The notes: generated from the letters alone by a model not told the origin. A stretch of 46,124 nucleotides of DNA from an uncultured Candidatus Saccharibacteria bacterium (GCA_964501525.1 CAZCSI010000002.1:1-46124); one strand, 5' to 3'. Shown: positions 17,922 to 26,330, numbered from the stretch's first letter. A program made the numbers and translations.

Positions 17922-19339
17922 GTTTTAAATTCGATTAGATAATGTTTAGTTGGAATAATAAGAAAAATAGTATCTTTCGCGGTTAAGAGATTATACCAGA
18001 GCTTGAATAAAGAAACTGTACCTATTTCTATATAAACCTGTGTTGTCTCCGAGCTAACGCCTAAATCAGCTCTCCCATGTGGTAGAGACGGTTCTATGCT
18101 GACCTTATACCCCTTGTTTTTAAAATGATTTGTCGTAACATTCATTAATCTTCTATGCCATTGCTTACCGTGCGTGGTCACTTTTTCAACATCTTTATAA
18201 TTTACTTGGTTCCATAAGCTTTTATTCTCTAACTTGAGTTTGGTAGCTTTAACGTTGCCGCTTAATATTAAAACAGCGATTCTTCTTCTAAGACAGAGGT
18301 TGCAATTAATTAAGTAAGATTCTGGTTGGTAATCCGGGGAGATCGTATCAATGTTTTCTTTAAGCCACAGCGTTTCCTTTCTGATTGCTTTTTCTGTTTT
18401 ATGCCAAGAAACAGTTCTTGACCCATCTTTGTGATCTTTTCTGCTTTCGGGTGCGTAGTCCTTAATGTATTTCTCTTTGTGGGTTAAAAACGGATAAGGA
18501 ATTTTCAGTTGTGAACTCTTGCGCAATAATCTTATCTTATGAATATTTCTTAGTGCCTCGGGAGTCAATAGGGGAGAGAGGTCGTTTTGAGAAACATATC
18601 TTTTAATTCTTCTTTCTATGCTTCGACCAGTCAACCTAGACCTTGGTGATCTGCCCCTGTAGTTTATAAATAAAGCTTTTCGTTTGTCTGTTCTTTTATT
18701 TAAATATTCCTTCATTAGATTACTTGTGCTTCTAGGCAGAACAACGTAAGAAGTTGGTTCTTCCTGAATCTCCACCTGAACTCTTTCTGCCTTTCTTTTA
18801 ATTACCTGACTTCGATTTAGGAGTACTAATTTGTTTAATTTAAGCCCCGTTTCTATCAGTACTTCGATTATAATTCTGTCTCTTAGTCCTGTTTTTGTCG
18901 AGGTATCAGGAGCTTGGATTAGTTCTTTGAGAGCCTCTTGCTCTATGTAGCTTTCTAATTTAGTGGAACGTGATTTCCCTGTCATCACGCTTTTTTCTAA
19001 CCGTACGCTCTGAGGTGATAAAGAGCTTAGGCCTTGCTCACTAAAGTATGAAAGAAGAATACGCAGGCCGGTTAGATAAGCATTTTGGGTGTTTTTGGCT
19101 AACGATCCATTTAATAAGGATTCTTTATAATTTTCAATATGGGTCAGTGTTAAGTCGTGAGGAGGTAGATGTTCTATTTTCTTCTGTTTGAGCCAATCTA
19201 AAAACTTATTGATAAAATTTTCATAATTTTCAACACTTTTATCAGTTAGCTTTCTTTCTTTTCTGCAATACTCAAGGAAGGAGGGGATATGTTCAACTAT
19301 TGAGGTGGTTGAGTCTTTCACCGTTGTTTTATCGAGCAT
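17918..19339 (-). CDS. tyrosine-recombinase-like protein with degenerate active site and ~180-aa C-terminal extension (possible PD-(D/E)xK-like segment)
   Basis: The N-terminal core-binding-like region is VENYENFINKFLDWL. The catalytic-domain homologue reads TGLKLNKL (Arg I to Lys) and TPEALRN (His to Glu), and the beta-hairpin Lys is absent. The C-terminus contains HGRADLGV...VYIEIG. An ATGA overlap links it to the downstream recombinase. Confidence 0.7.
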   Translation of the reverse strand: MLDKTTVKDSTTSIVEHIPSFLEYCRKERKLTDKSVENYENFINKFLDWLKQKKIEHLPPHDLTLTHIENYKESLLNGSLAKNTQNAYLTGLRILLSYFSEQGLSSLSPQSVRLEKSVMTGKSRSTKLESYIEQEALKELIQAPDTSTKTGLRDRIIIEVLIETGLKLNKLVLLNRSQVIKRKAERVQVEIQEEPTSYVVLPRSTSNLMKEYLNKRTDKRKALFINYRGRSPRSRLTGRSIERRIKRYVSQNDLSPLLTPEALRNIHKIRLLRKSSQLKIPYPFLTHKEKYIKDYAPESRKDHKDGSRTVSWHKTEKAIRKETLWLKENIDTISPDYQPESYLINCNLCLRRRIAVLILSGNVKATKLKLENKSLWNQVNYKDVEKVTTHGKQWHRRLMNVTTNHFKNKGYKVSIEPSLPHGRADLGVSSETTQVYIEIGTVSLFKLWYNLLTAKDTIFLIIPTKHYLIEFKT

Positions 19340-19420
19340 TAGAAGAATTATACTCAGTTCCTATGATAATAAATATAGGGAGAAAAGTCAACTCCCCTGA
19401 CTTGCTTCACCTCTTGTCCA

Positions 19421-19801
19421 TTAAAGGTTGACCTCTTGTTCTTCTTTCTCTCCGTTTATCCATCCCATCATCTCTTTAAAGCTCTGCCACAACTCCTGTC
19501 TCTCTTTACGCCACTCTTCTCTAAAAATACTTTTTCTATAATAAAACTGTTCTTTGAAAAAAGTAAAACATCTCTCCCCCAGCTGTTCTATCTTATTTAA
19601 AGAGAAACTTGTCCATATCGGCCTTATATCTTCGATGATAGAGCCTCCTGCCCCTATACAGGCCTTAAAAGCCTTTTTAAGCGTTTCTCCAACTCCTAGT
19701 AGTATATTACTACTTGTTTCCCGTACATTTGCTTGTACTTGAAGACAAACAAGAAATAAAAAAATAAGAATAAAAAGAGTTAAATAAAGATTTCTTTTCA
19801 T
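19421..19801 (-). CDS. hypothetical secreted protein (signal peptide, 126 aa)
   Basis: The N-terminus MKRNLYLTLFILIFLFLVCLQVQA looks like a signal peptide. Its start overlaps the gltX stop (ATGA). No family was recognised. Confidence 0.55.
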   Translation of the reverse strand: MKRNLYLTLFILIFLFLVCLQVQANVRETSSNILLGVGETLKKAFKACIGAGGSIIEDIRPIWTSFSLNKIEQLGERCFTFFKEQFYYRKSIFREEWRKERQELWQSFKEMMGWINGEKEEQEVNL

Positions 19802-21348
19802 TTTTCAAGCATCTGCTTAGCTCTTTTAATTCTTTTGAGAGTCATCTCTTTACCTAAAATGGCGGCTACCTCAAATGGTCCGGCTGAGGCCTTTTGTCCG
19901 GTTAAAGCTACCCGCAGGGGCCACAAAAGGTATCCTCTATTGTCTTTGTCTCTCAGCTCACGGCCCCACTCTTTGGCTGCCGGAAGAAGCACATTTTGAA
20001 GCTCACTTTCACTCCACTTTTCTTCACTTATATCAGACAATAGATTATATAATCTGTCAAGAGAAAGGACAGCCTCTGAAAAATTTTGGTCTTTCCAAAG
20101 CAATAACTCCGGAGAATAATCAATCTTGTCTTTTAAAAAGAATCCGGCCAGCTCTGATATCTCAGACAGTTTTTTGAGCCGATCCTGATAAAGGACAACT
20201 ATGTTTTCCATCTTTCTTTTTCCAATCTTTTGTCCTGTTTCGGAGACAATATAGCCCTGGTCTGTCTCTTGAATTAAGTCGTCTTTGATTAAATAAGGAA
20301 GACATTCCGGCATCAGTTTTTCCGCTGACAAATTTCTGATATGAACCCCGTTGATATAATTGAGCCGTTTTCTGTTGAAAACAGCGCCCGCGCTCCTTAC
20401 CCTGTCCAGGGAAAAATCTTTTATCAGTCCTTTCATGCCGTAAATTTCTTTGGGAGTGCCGGGGTTCCACCCTAAAAAAGAAATAAAGTTCACCAGCGCC
20501 TGGGGCAGGTAGCCGTCTTTTTTAAACTCTTCGACAGAAACCGAGCCGTGTCTTTTGGAAAGCTTGCTTTTGTCCGGAGCCAGGATAAGGGGCAGGTGGG
20601 CAAAACGGGGTGCGTCCCAGCCAAAGGCTTCATAGAGAAGTATTTGTTTAGGTGTGTTGGGAACATGGTCCTCGCCTCGTATAACATGACTGATCTTCAT
20701 CATGTGGTCGTCCACAACGCAGGCTAAATTATAAAGAGGCTGGGTAAGTTTTTTAGCTAATGAGAAGTCGCCGAAAAGAGAGGCGTCGAACTTCACCTCC
20801 TCTCTGACTAAATCTTCAAAAACAACTTTTTTTCTCGGAGTCTTGAACCGGATAACGTAACTTTCTTCTTTCTCTATTCTTTTTCGGATCTCCTCTTGGC
20901 TTAAATCCCGGCAATGGCCGTTGTAAACCGGAGGCTGTCCGATACTCATAAAATATTGGCGTTGAGCCTCTAAGTCTTCCTCCGAGCAAAAACAGTAATA
21001 CGCTTTTTTTTCCTCTAACAATTTTTTCAGATGCAGCTTGTATACCTCTCCCCTCTCGCTTTGCCTGTAAGGTCCGTATCGTCCACCCTTATTGGGTCCT
21101 TCGTCCCACTCCATACCCAGCCAGGATAGGTTATCGTAAATAACCTCTTCGTATTTTTGTTTTGATCTCTGCTTATCCGTATCTTCTATTCTGAGTATGA
21201 AACGGCCTTCATTTTTTCTGGTAAAAAGGTAATTAAAAAGAGCGGTGCGCGCACTGCCGATATGAAGATAGCCGGTAGGAGAAGGTGCGAACCGGGTCCT
21301 GATCTCCCCTGCCCTCTTTAACTTAAATTCTTGTTTTTTAGGGTTCAT
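19798..21348 (-). CDS. gltX: glutamyl-tRNA synthetase
   Basis: RTRFAPSPTGYLHIGSARTALFNY (HIGH region) and KLSKRHG (KMSKS) are present in a 516-aa protein. Confidence 0.95.
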   Translation of the reverse strand: MNPKKQEFKLKRAGEIRTRFAPSPTGYLHIGSARTALFNYLFTRKNEGRFILRIEDTDKQRSKQKYEEVIYDNLSWLGMEWDEGPNKGGRYGPYRQSERGEVYKLHLKKLLEEKKAYYCFCSEEDLEAQRQYFMSIGQPPVYNGHCRDLSQEEIRKRIEKEESYVIRFKTPRKKVVFEDLVREEVKFDASLFGDFSLAKKLTQPLYNLACVVDDHMMKISHVIRGEDHVPNTPKQILLYEAFGWDAPRFAHLPLILAPDKSKLSKRHGSVSVEEFKKDGYLPQALVNFISFLGWNPGTPKEIYGMKGLIKDFSLDRVRSAGAVFNRKRLNYINGVHIRNLSAEKLMPECLPYLIKDDLIQETDQGYIVSETGQKIGKRKMENIVVLYQDRLKKLSEISELAGFFLKDKIDYSPELLLWKDQNFSEAVLSLDRLYNLLSDISEEKWSESELQNVLLPAAKEWGRELRDKDNRGYLLWPLRVALTGQKASAGPFEVAAILGKEMTLKRIKRAKQMLEK

Positions 21349-21355
21349 TACCTAT

Positions 21356-21384
21356 ATTTTGATACAATTAACTGTTTTAGTCAA
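21356..21384 (-). promoter_or_regulatory. putative gltX promoter (leaderless geometry)
   Basis: On the minus strand: TTGACT (21384-21379), a 17-nt spacer, CAAAAT (21361-21356), then 7 nt and ATG at 21348. There is no SD in between. Confidence 0.5.
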
Positions 21385-21392
21385 ATCTAAAC

Positions 21393-21420
21393 TTGACAGG
21401 CTACCAAAGGTACTTATAAT
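21393..21420 (+). promoter_or_regulatory. consensus sigma70 promoter of the GC-rich orphan gene
   Basis: TTGACA (21393-21398), a 16-nt spacer, then TATAAT (21415-21420). It is divergent from, and 8 bp away from, the gltX -35 element. Confidence 0.6.
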
Positions 21421-21459
21421 AAAGTCAGTTTCCGCTCTTAATTACCAAGGAGGTTAAAG

Positions 21460-21825
21460 ATGCGCAAGTTTATTGGTTGGGCCGGCTGGTTCGTGCTTGT
21501 TGTGCTCTGGATATGGGTGGTCTTCCTTTTCGTCCTCCCCGCGATTCTTGGGATTGCTCCGCCTTGGATTAAGGAGGGCGAGGGTCTGGGCGCGCCGAGT
21601 CATGATTGTGGTTCCTTTCAAGGGATCACATATTATGATGGAGCTATCATTATCTACCTTCTCCAGGACGGAAAGATGGAGATAGTGCGTCTCAACCGCG
21701 ATTACCATCCCATAGGGATGGAGGAAGGGTTGGAGCTCCGTCCGGGGGCGCTCATCTGCGTGCACAAGTACCACAAGGTGTCGGGTGGAGCAGATTATGC
21801 CCGCATCGAGGGTTGGGGGCAGTGA
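21460..21825 (+). CDS. hypothetical membrane-anchored protein (121 aa), compositionally atypical (~58-63% GC in sampled 60-mers)
   Basis: AGGAGG lies 7 nt upstream of the ATG, with a consensus promoter upstream and a hairpin terminator downstream. It has an N-terminal TM helix. No family was recognised. Confidence 0.6.
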   Translation: MRKFIGWAGWFVLVVLWIWVVFLFVLPAILGIAPPWIKEGEGLGAPSHDCGSFQGITYYDGAIIIYLLQDGKMEIVRLNRDYHPIGMEEGLELRPGALICVHKYHKVSGGADYARIEGWGQ

Positions 21826-21860
21826 CGAGACCACCAGTGACGAGGCCACCATAGAAAGCG

Positions 21861-21890
21861 AAGAGAGCCAACTTTGGCTCTCTTTTACTT
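21861..21890. terminator. rho-independent terminator, probably bidirectional (orphan gene and murG converge on it)
   Basis: AGAGAGCCA-actt-TGGCTCTCT forms a perfect 9-10 bp stem, followed by TTTACTTTC on the + strand. Confidence 0.65.
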
Positions 21891-21956
21891 TCTGAGTGTG
21901 TTAGATGGGTATATCAACACGGTTGTCAGGCGAAGTGCAACTTCAGGGCGGGGACG

Positions 21957-23090
21957 CTAAATCATCAGGTATTCAAGCAGATAGTGGGCAATGTTTTTGG
22001 CTGCTTTGGGTTTGGAAAAATTTTTAACTGCTTGTTTCATTTTCTCCAGCTCGCCTTCATGGGTTAAAAGAAAGACTATTCTGTCTACAAAGAATTGAGG
22101 AGTCAGGTTTCTTTCCTCCAAAACTACTGCTGCTCCTACCTCTTTTAAGCGATAGGCGTTTTGAAACTGATGGTTTTGAGCCGATTCCGGCAGAGGGATA
22201 ATGATAAGCGGTTTGCCCAACGCCGCCGCCTCGAAAATAATTCCTGAACCGGCTCTGCCGATAACCAGGTCTGCTGCAAAAAGGGCCTCCCTTAAAGTTT
22301 TTTCGTTTAAAAAAGGCAGGAGATGATAGTATCTTTTTTGTTCAGGCCCGGTAACCACCTCTGCCTCCTTTTTAACCTGTTCGTAGTTTTGTCTTCCGCA
22401 CTGGTGTATTACCTCGAACAACTCTAACAAGGTGGGAAGAATCAGCAGAATAAGCTCATTTATTCGTTGTGAACCTTGAGAGCCGGGAAGCACGAGAAGA
22501 ACAGGCCTTTCTCCGGTAAGATTAAACAGCTTCTTGCTCTCTTCCCAGCTTCCTCCGAATATTTCTCTGCGAATAGGATTACCGGTTAAGATCAGTTTTT
22601 TCTGGTCCAGGTATTCTGTTTCAGGGAAAGAAGTGAAGGTGCGCAGGGCTAGACGAGAAGTAAAACGATTGCCGAGGCCGGGCACGCTGTCCGATTCATG
22701 ATTAAAAATAGGAACCTGCATTATTTTTCCTGCAATGACTATCGGTATGGACCCGTACCCGCCTTTACTGAATATTAAATCGGGGTTGAGAAAAAATAAT
22801 TTCCAAAAAGCCTGTATTGTTCCCAGAAATATTTTTACGATATCGACCAAATTCAAAATCAATGACTGGGGAGTTACATATCTCCTTATTTTTCCGGAGA
22901 CAACGGGTTTGATCTCTATCTCTTCCTGCGAAAGATACAACCTGACCCACTCATCTCTGGGCCCCAGGTAAAAAAGTTTTGTTTGTTCGGGCATTATCCT
23001 TTTTATCTCCCTGGCTACAGCTATCAAGGGAAAAACATGGCCTCCCGTTCCCCCTCCGGTCAATACAATTTTAAACTTCTCTTCTTCCAT
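21957..23090 (-). CDS. murG: undecaprenyl-PP-MurNAc-pentapeptide GlcNAc transferase MurG
   Basis: KIVLTGGGTGGHVFPLIAVA is the G-loop, and the C-terminal half GRAGSGIIFEAAALGKP fits the family. It lies in dcw context. Confidence 0.9.
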   Translation of the reverse strand: MEEEKFKIVLTGGGTGGHVFPLIAVAREIKRIMPEQTKLFYLGPRDEWVRLYLSQEEIEIKPVVSGKIRRYVTPQSLILNLVDIVKIFLGTIQAFWKLFFLNPDLIFSKGGYGSIPIVIAGKIMQVPIFNHESDSVPGLGNRFTSRLALRTFTSFPETEYLDQKKLILTGNPIRREIFGGSWEESKKLFNLTGERPVLLVLPGSQGSQRINELILLILPTLLELFEVIHQCGRQNYEQVKKEAEVVTGPEQKRYYHLLPFLNEKTLREALFAADLVIGRAGSGIIFEAAALGKPLIIIPLPESAQNHQFQNAYRLKEVGAAVVLEERNLTPQFFVDRIVFLLTHEGELEKMKQAVKNFSKPKAAKNIAHYLLEYLMI

Positions 23091-23107
23091 TTATCTTTTG
23101 GTTAGTT

Positions 23108-24190
23108 TTATTTTTTAGTTAATTTCAATATTAATCCGCAGCTGGCCATTTCTACAAGAAGATGGGTGCCTCCGTAGCTGAAAAAAGGAAGAGGTATCCC
23201 GCTTAAAGGTATCAGTCCGGTCATGGCTCCTATGTTGAGAAAAGCCTGCAGTGCGATTCCAAGGCCCAGGGTGATCGATAGTGTCTTGGCAAACTGGTCT
23301 TTGACTTGAACGGCAGAGGTGACAACTCTTGTTAAAAACAATAAAAAGAGAAATATCAAAAGAAAAGCGCCCACCAGCCCCGCTTCTTCGCATAGAGCCG
23401 GGAAAATAGTGTCGGAGATAACATTGGAAAGATAGCCAAATTTGTGTTTGGACAACCCGAACCCTTTTCCCCATATACCTCCGGAGCCGATTGCGATTTT
23501 GGATTGCCTTATCTGATACCCTATGCCTAGCGGGTCAATTTTAGGGTTTAGAAAAACCAGCAGGCGGCTGAGCCGGTAAGAAGAAAAGTGAATTAGAGCT
23601 AAAAACCCGGCTGTACATATTCCGGACAAGGCCGCGAGGTGTAAGATAGGCGCCTCGCTGAGAAAATAAACGAAGAGAGCCAGGCAGAGAAGAATAGCTA
23701 AGCTGCTTATATCCGGCTGGGCGATCAAGGTTAAGGTGACCGGGGCTAGAATCAGCACCATACAGGCGGGGACGATAAAATCTTTCTTTTTTTGTTTTTC
23801 AAGCCAGACAGCCAAATACAGGGGCAGGGTTATTTTCAAGAACTCGGCCGGCTGGAAAGAAAAAGACCCGACTTTTATCCATCTTTTAGCCCCTCCGATC
23901 TCAATACCCGCTTGAGGGAGAAAAACAGCGGCGGCCAGAAGTATGTTGCCTACGAAAAAGACTAAAGAGAATTTTTTTAATTTTTCGGAGCTGATGAAGT
24001 AGAGAAATACTCCCAGGGCCGTTCCCGGTATGATTCCGAAAAGAAACTGGTATTTGAGATAATGAAAACTGTCCCCGAATTTTTGTTTTCCCACCGGGGC
24101 GGAAACACTGAAAAGAACCATAGTGCCCATCAAAAGCAAGGTAGCCACGATCGCGGTTAATATAAAATCAATTCTTTTTTTCTTGACCAT
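23108..24190 (-). CDS. ftsW: SEDS-family peptidoglycan polymerase FtsW/RodA
   Basis: It has about 10 TM helices, FQPAEFLKI and the C-terminal GIPLPFFSYGGT. It lies between murD and murG. Confidence 0.85.
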   Translation of the reverse strand: MVKKKRIDFILTAIVATLLLMGTMVLFSVSAPVGKQKFGDSFHYLKYQFLFGIIPGTALGVFLYFISSEKLKKFSLVFFVGNILLAAAVFLPQAGIEIGGAKRWIKVGSFSFQPAEFLKITLPLYLAVWLEKQKKKDFIVPACMVLILAPVTLTLIAQPDISSLAILLCLALFVYFLSEAPILHLAALSGICTAGFLALIHFSSYRLSRLLVFLNPKIDPLGIGYQIRQSKIAIGSGGIWGKGFGLSKHKFGYLSNVISDTIFPALCEEAGLVGAFLLIFLFLLFLTRVVTSAVQVKDQFAKTLSITLGLGIALQAFLNIGAMTGLIPLSGIPLPFFSYGGTHLLVEMASCGLILKLTKK

Positions 24191-25520
24191 AATGTTCTAC
24201 CCATTTTTTAAACTGTTTTCCCCTGTCTTTGTAATCTTTGAAAACTCCAAAACTTGGAGCGGCGGGTGAAAGAAGAACTATTTTCCCCTTTTCCGTGTTG
24301 TCAAAAGAAAAATGTACAGCTTCTCTCATCTCTTCCGTTTCTAAAAAATTAATGCTTTGAGTGCCGACAGCTGTTTCGATATTCTTTTTTATCCTTTCTC
24401 CGGTTGGCGGAAAAAGAACAATGTTTTTAATCTCTGACCGGACTATTGTTTCAGCCAGCCTTTGGAATTTCTGCCGGGCCTCGTATCCTCCTAAAATCAA
24501 GGTCTGTACTTTGCGGCCCAGGGCGTTGAGAGCGGCTATAACCGGCTCCGGCAGAGTAGCCAGAGAGTCATTGTAAAAAACTATTCCTTTGTACTCCCCT
24601 ATCCTCTCCAAGCGGTGAGGCAGAGGGTCAAATTCTTCTATCCCCTTTTTGATAACGGAGTCTGATATTCCCAATAATTTTCCTATACTGACAGCGGCCA
24701 TAACATTATACAGGTTGAATTTTCCGGTCAAAGGGACCAGTTCGGTTTTTATTATCTTTTTGTCTCTCCAGACAAGTGTTTTGTTTGAAACCCGGCAGTC
24801 CGTCTTGTCGTTCAAGCTGAAACTTATTTTTTTAGCTTTAGTTTTTTTAGCCGTATCTTCAACCTCTTTTTGATCCTTATTGTAAATAAAATAGTCATTC
24901 TTTGTCTGAAAAAGGGTTATTCTTTCTTTTGCCTCTTTGTATTCCCGGAGGTTTTGATAATAATCCAGGTGGGCCGGATAAAAATTAAGAAAGACAGCTA
25001 TGTGAGGGCTTTTTTCAACTAACTGAAGTTGGCGGGCTGAAAATTCCTGAATAAAAATATCCTCAGCTCCAGCCTTTTCCAGATAAGTGAGCCGGGGTTC
25101 TCCGATGTTCCCGACCAGATAACCGGTCTTTCCACTTTTTTTAACTATATTGTAGGTTAAAGAAGCAGCGGTTCCCTTTCCTTTTGTTCCGGTTATACCT
25201 ACGATTGTTCCCGGACAGTTTTCCAAGAATAATTTGTCCTGGGAGGTGAGAAGTTGTTTGTCGTTTGTCAGGTGTTGCATCTTTTTTAAGGGTATGCCCG
25301 GTGTTTTAAAAATAACATCGGAGCGCTGTATCGATTCCAAGTAATCATCCCCCCAGAACAACTCCAGGTTTTTTTGGTCTTGAATCTCTTTTTTATTCTG
25401 ATCCGCCACCATGATTTTTTTGTCCGGAAACTTTTTTCTAAGGAAAGACAAAGTATTTTTTCCTTCTTTTCCAAAACCGAGAATCAACACCTTTTTATTT
25501 TCCAGCTCTTTGATTTTCAT
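24168..25520 (-). CDS. murD: UDP-N-acetylmuramoylalanine--D-glutamate ligase
   Basis: The N-terminal Rossmann-like segment is VLILGFGKEGKN, with P-loop GITGTKGKGT. It lies in dcw position between mraY/murI and ftsW. Confidence 0.9.
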   Translation of the reverse strand: MKIKELENKKVLILGFGKEGKNTLSFLRKKFPDKKIMVADQNKKEIQDQKNLELFWGDDYLESIQRSDVIFKTPGIPLKKMQHLTNDKQLLTSQDKLFLENCPGTIVGITGTKGKGTAASLTYNIVKKSGKTGYLVGNIGEPRLTYLEKAGAEDIFIQEFSARQLQLVEKSPHIAVFLNFYPAHLDYYQNLREYKEAKERITLFQTKNDYFIYNKDQKEVEDTAKKTKAKKISFSLNDKTDCRVSNKTLVWRDKKIIKTELVPLTGKFNLYNVMAAVSIGKLLGISDSVIKKGIEEFDPLPHRLERIGEYKGIVFYNDSLATLPEPVIAALNALGRKVQTLILGGYEARQKFQRLAETIVRSEIKNIVLFPPTGERIKKNIETAVGTQSINFLETEEMREAVHFSFDNTEKGKIVLLSPAAPSFGVFKDYKDRGKQFKKWVEHYGQEKKN

Positions 25521-26311
25521 AACTCTATTTTTTCCGCTTTTATCTTTTTCCCAAAAAATTTACTTCCGAGGCGTACGAATTTTGAGGTAAGGTCAGTGGT
25601 GTAGAACCGTACTCTCCCCTGCTTGTTCAACCGTCTCTCCAGACAAGGATTTTTTTCCAACAGTTTTTTCAACTTTTCAGCCATAAGCGGTCCCTGCTTT
25701 ATTATCTTAATTTGCCCCGCTTCTTTTTTTATTGTTTTTTCCAAAATTCCGAAATGCGTGCAGCCCAAAATCAAAAGTTCAATTTTTTTCTCGAGAAGAG
25801 GGGTGAGATATTTTTTAACGGCCAGCTCCGCTATTTTTGAATTCTCTTCGCCCTCCTCAACAATAGGAACTAAAAGTGGAGCCGGGTTTTGAAAGATCTC
25901 CAATCCGGGGTTTATTTTTTTCAGTTCTTTTTTAAAAGCATTGGAGCGCACGGTGGCCTCGGTGGCGATGACTCCTATTCGCTGAGCCCTTGTTTGTGAT
26001 GCCGCCTCGGCAGTGGCCCGGATCGCTCCTATCATCCGCTCTTTGTCCTTCATCAACGGGAGGGCCTGGCTCGAAGCGGTGTTGCAGGCAAGGACTACTA
26101 TGGGGCATCCTTTATTGAGGAGAAAATCGATACTCTGCCGGGTGAAACTGTAAATTGTCTTCTGGGTGCGGGTTCCGTAAGGTGTACGAGCGGTGTCTCC
26201 CAAGTATAGAAAATCATATTCCGGAAGAAGCGAAACCATCTCCCTTAAGATGTCTATTCCCCCGAACCCGGAATCAAAAACCCCTATAGCGCCCTTTTTT
26301 TTATCGACCAT
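25517..26311 (-). CDS. murI: glutamate racemase
   Basis: IGVFDSGFGGIDILRE is present, along with the two catalytic Cys motifs ACNTAS and GCTHF. Confidence 0.9.
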   Translation of the reverse strand: MVDKKKGAIGVFDSGFGGIDILREMVSLLPEYDFLYLGDTARTPYGTRTQKTIYSFTRQSIDFLLNKGCPIVVLACNTASSQALPLMKDKERMIGAIRATAEAASQTRAQRIGVIATEATVRSNAFKKELKKINPGLEIFQNPAPLLVPIVEEGEENSKIAELAVKKYLTPLLEKKIELLILGCTHFGILEKTIKKEAGQIKIIKQGPLMAEKLKKLLEKNPCLERRLNKQGRVRFYTTDLTSKFVRLGSKFFGKKIKAEKIEL

Positions 26312-26330
26312 ATCATTTTGTGTAATCTTG

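Noticed and set aside
19355-19385. dif/att-like site next to the recombinase pair (CCTAT-N10-ATAGG)
   Set aside because: It is only a 5-bp imperfect inverted repeat in AT-rich sequence. It does not resemble the 11-6-11 Xer site layout, and no second copy flanks the module.
21454-21852. 132-aa minus-strand ORF opposite the GC-rich orphan gene
   Set aside because: High GC generates long antisense frames. The + strand ORF has a consensus promoter, AGGAGG at ideal spacing and a terminator. The minus ORF has none of these, and its start lies just downstream of the terminator hairpin.
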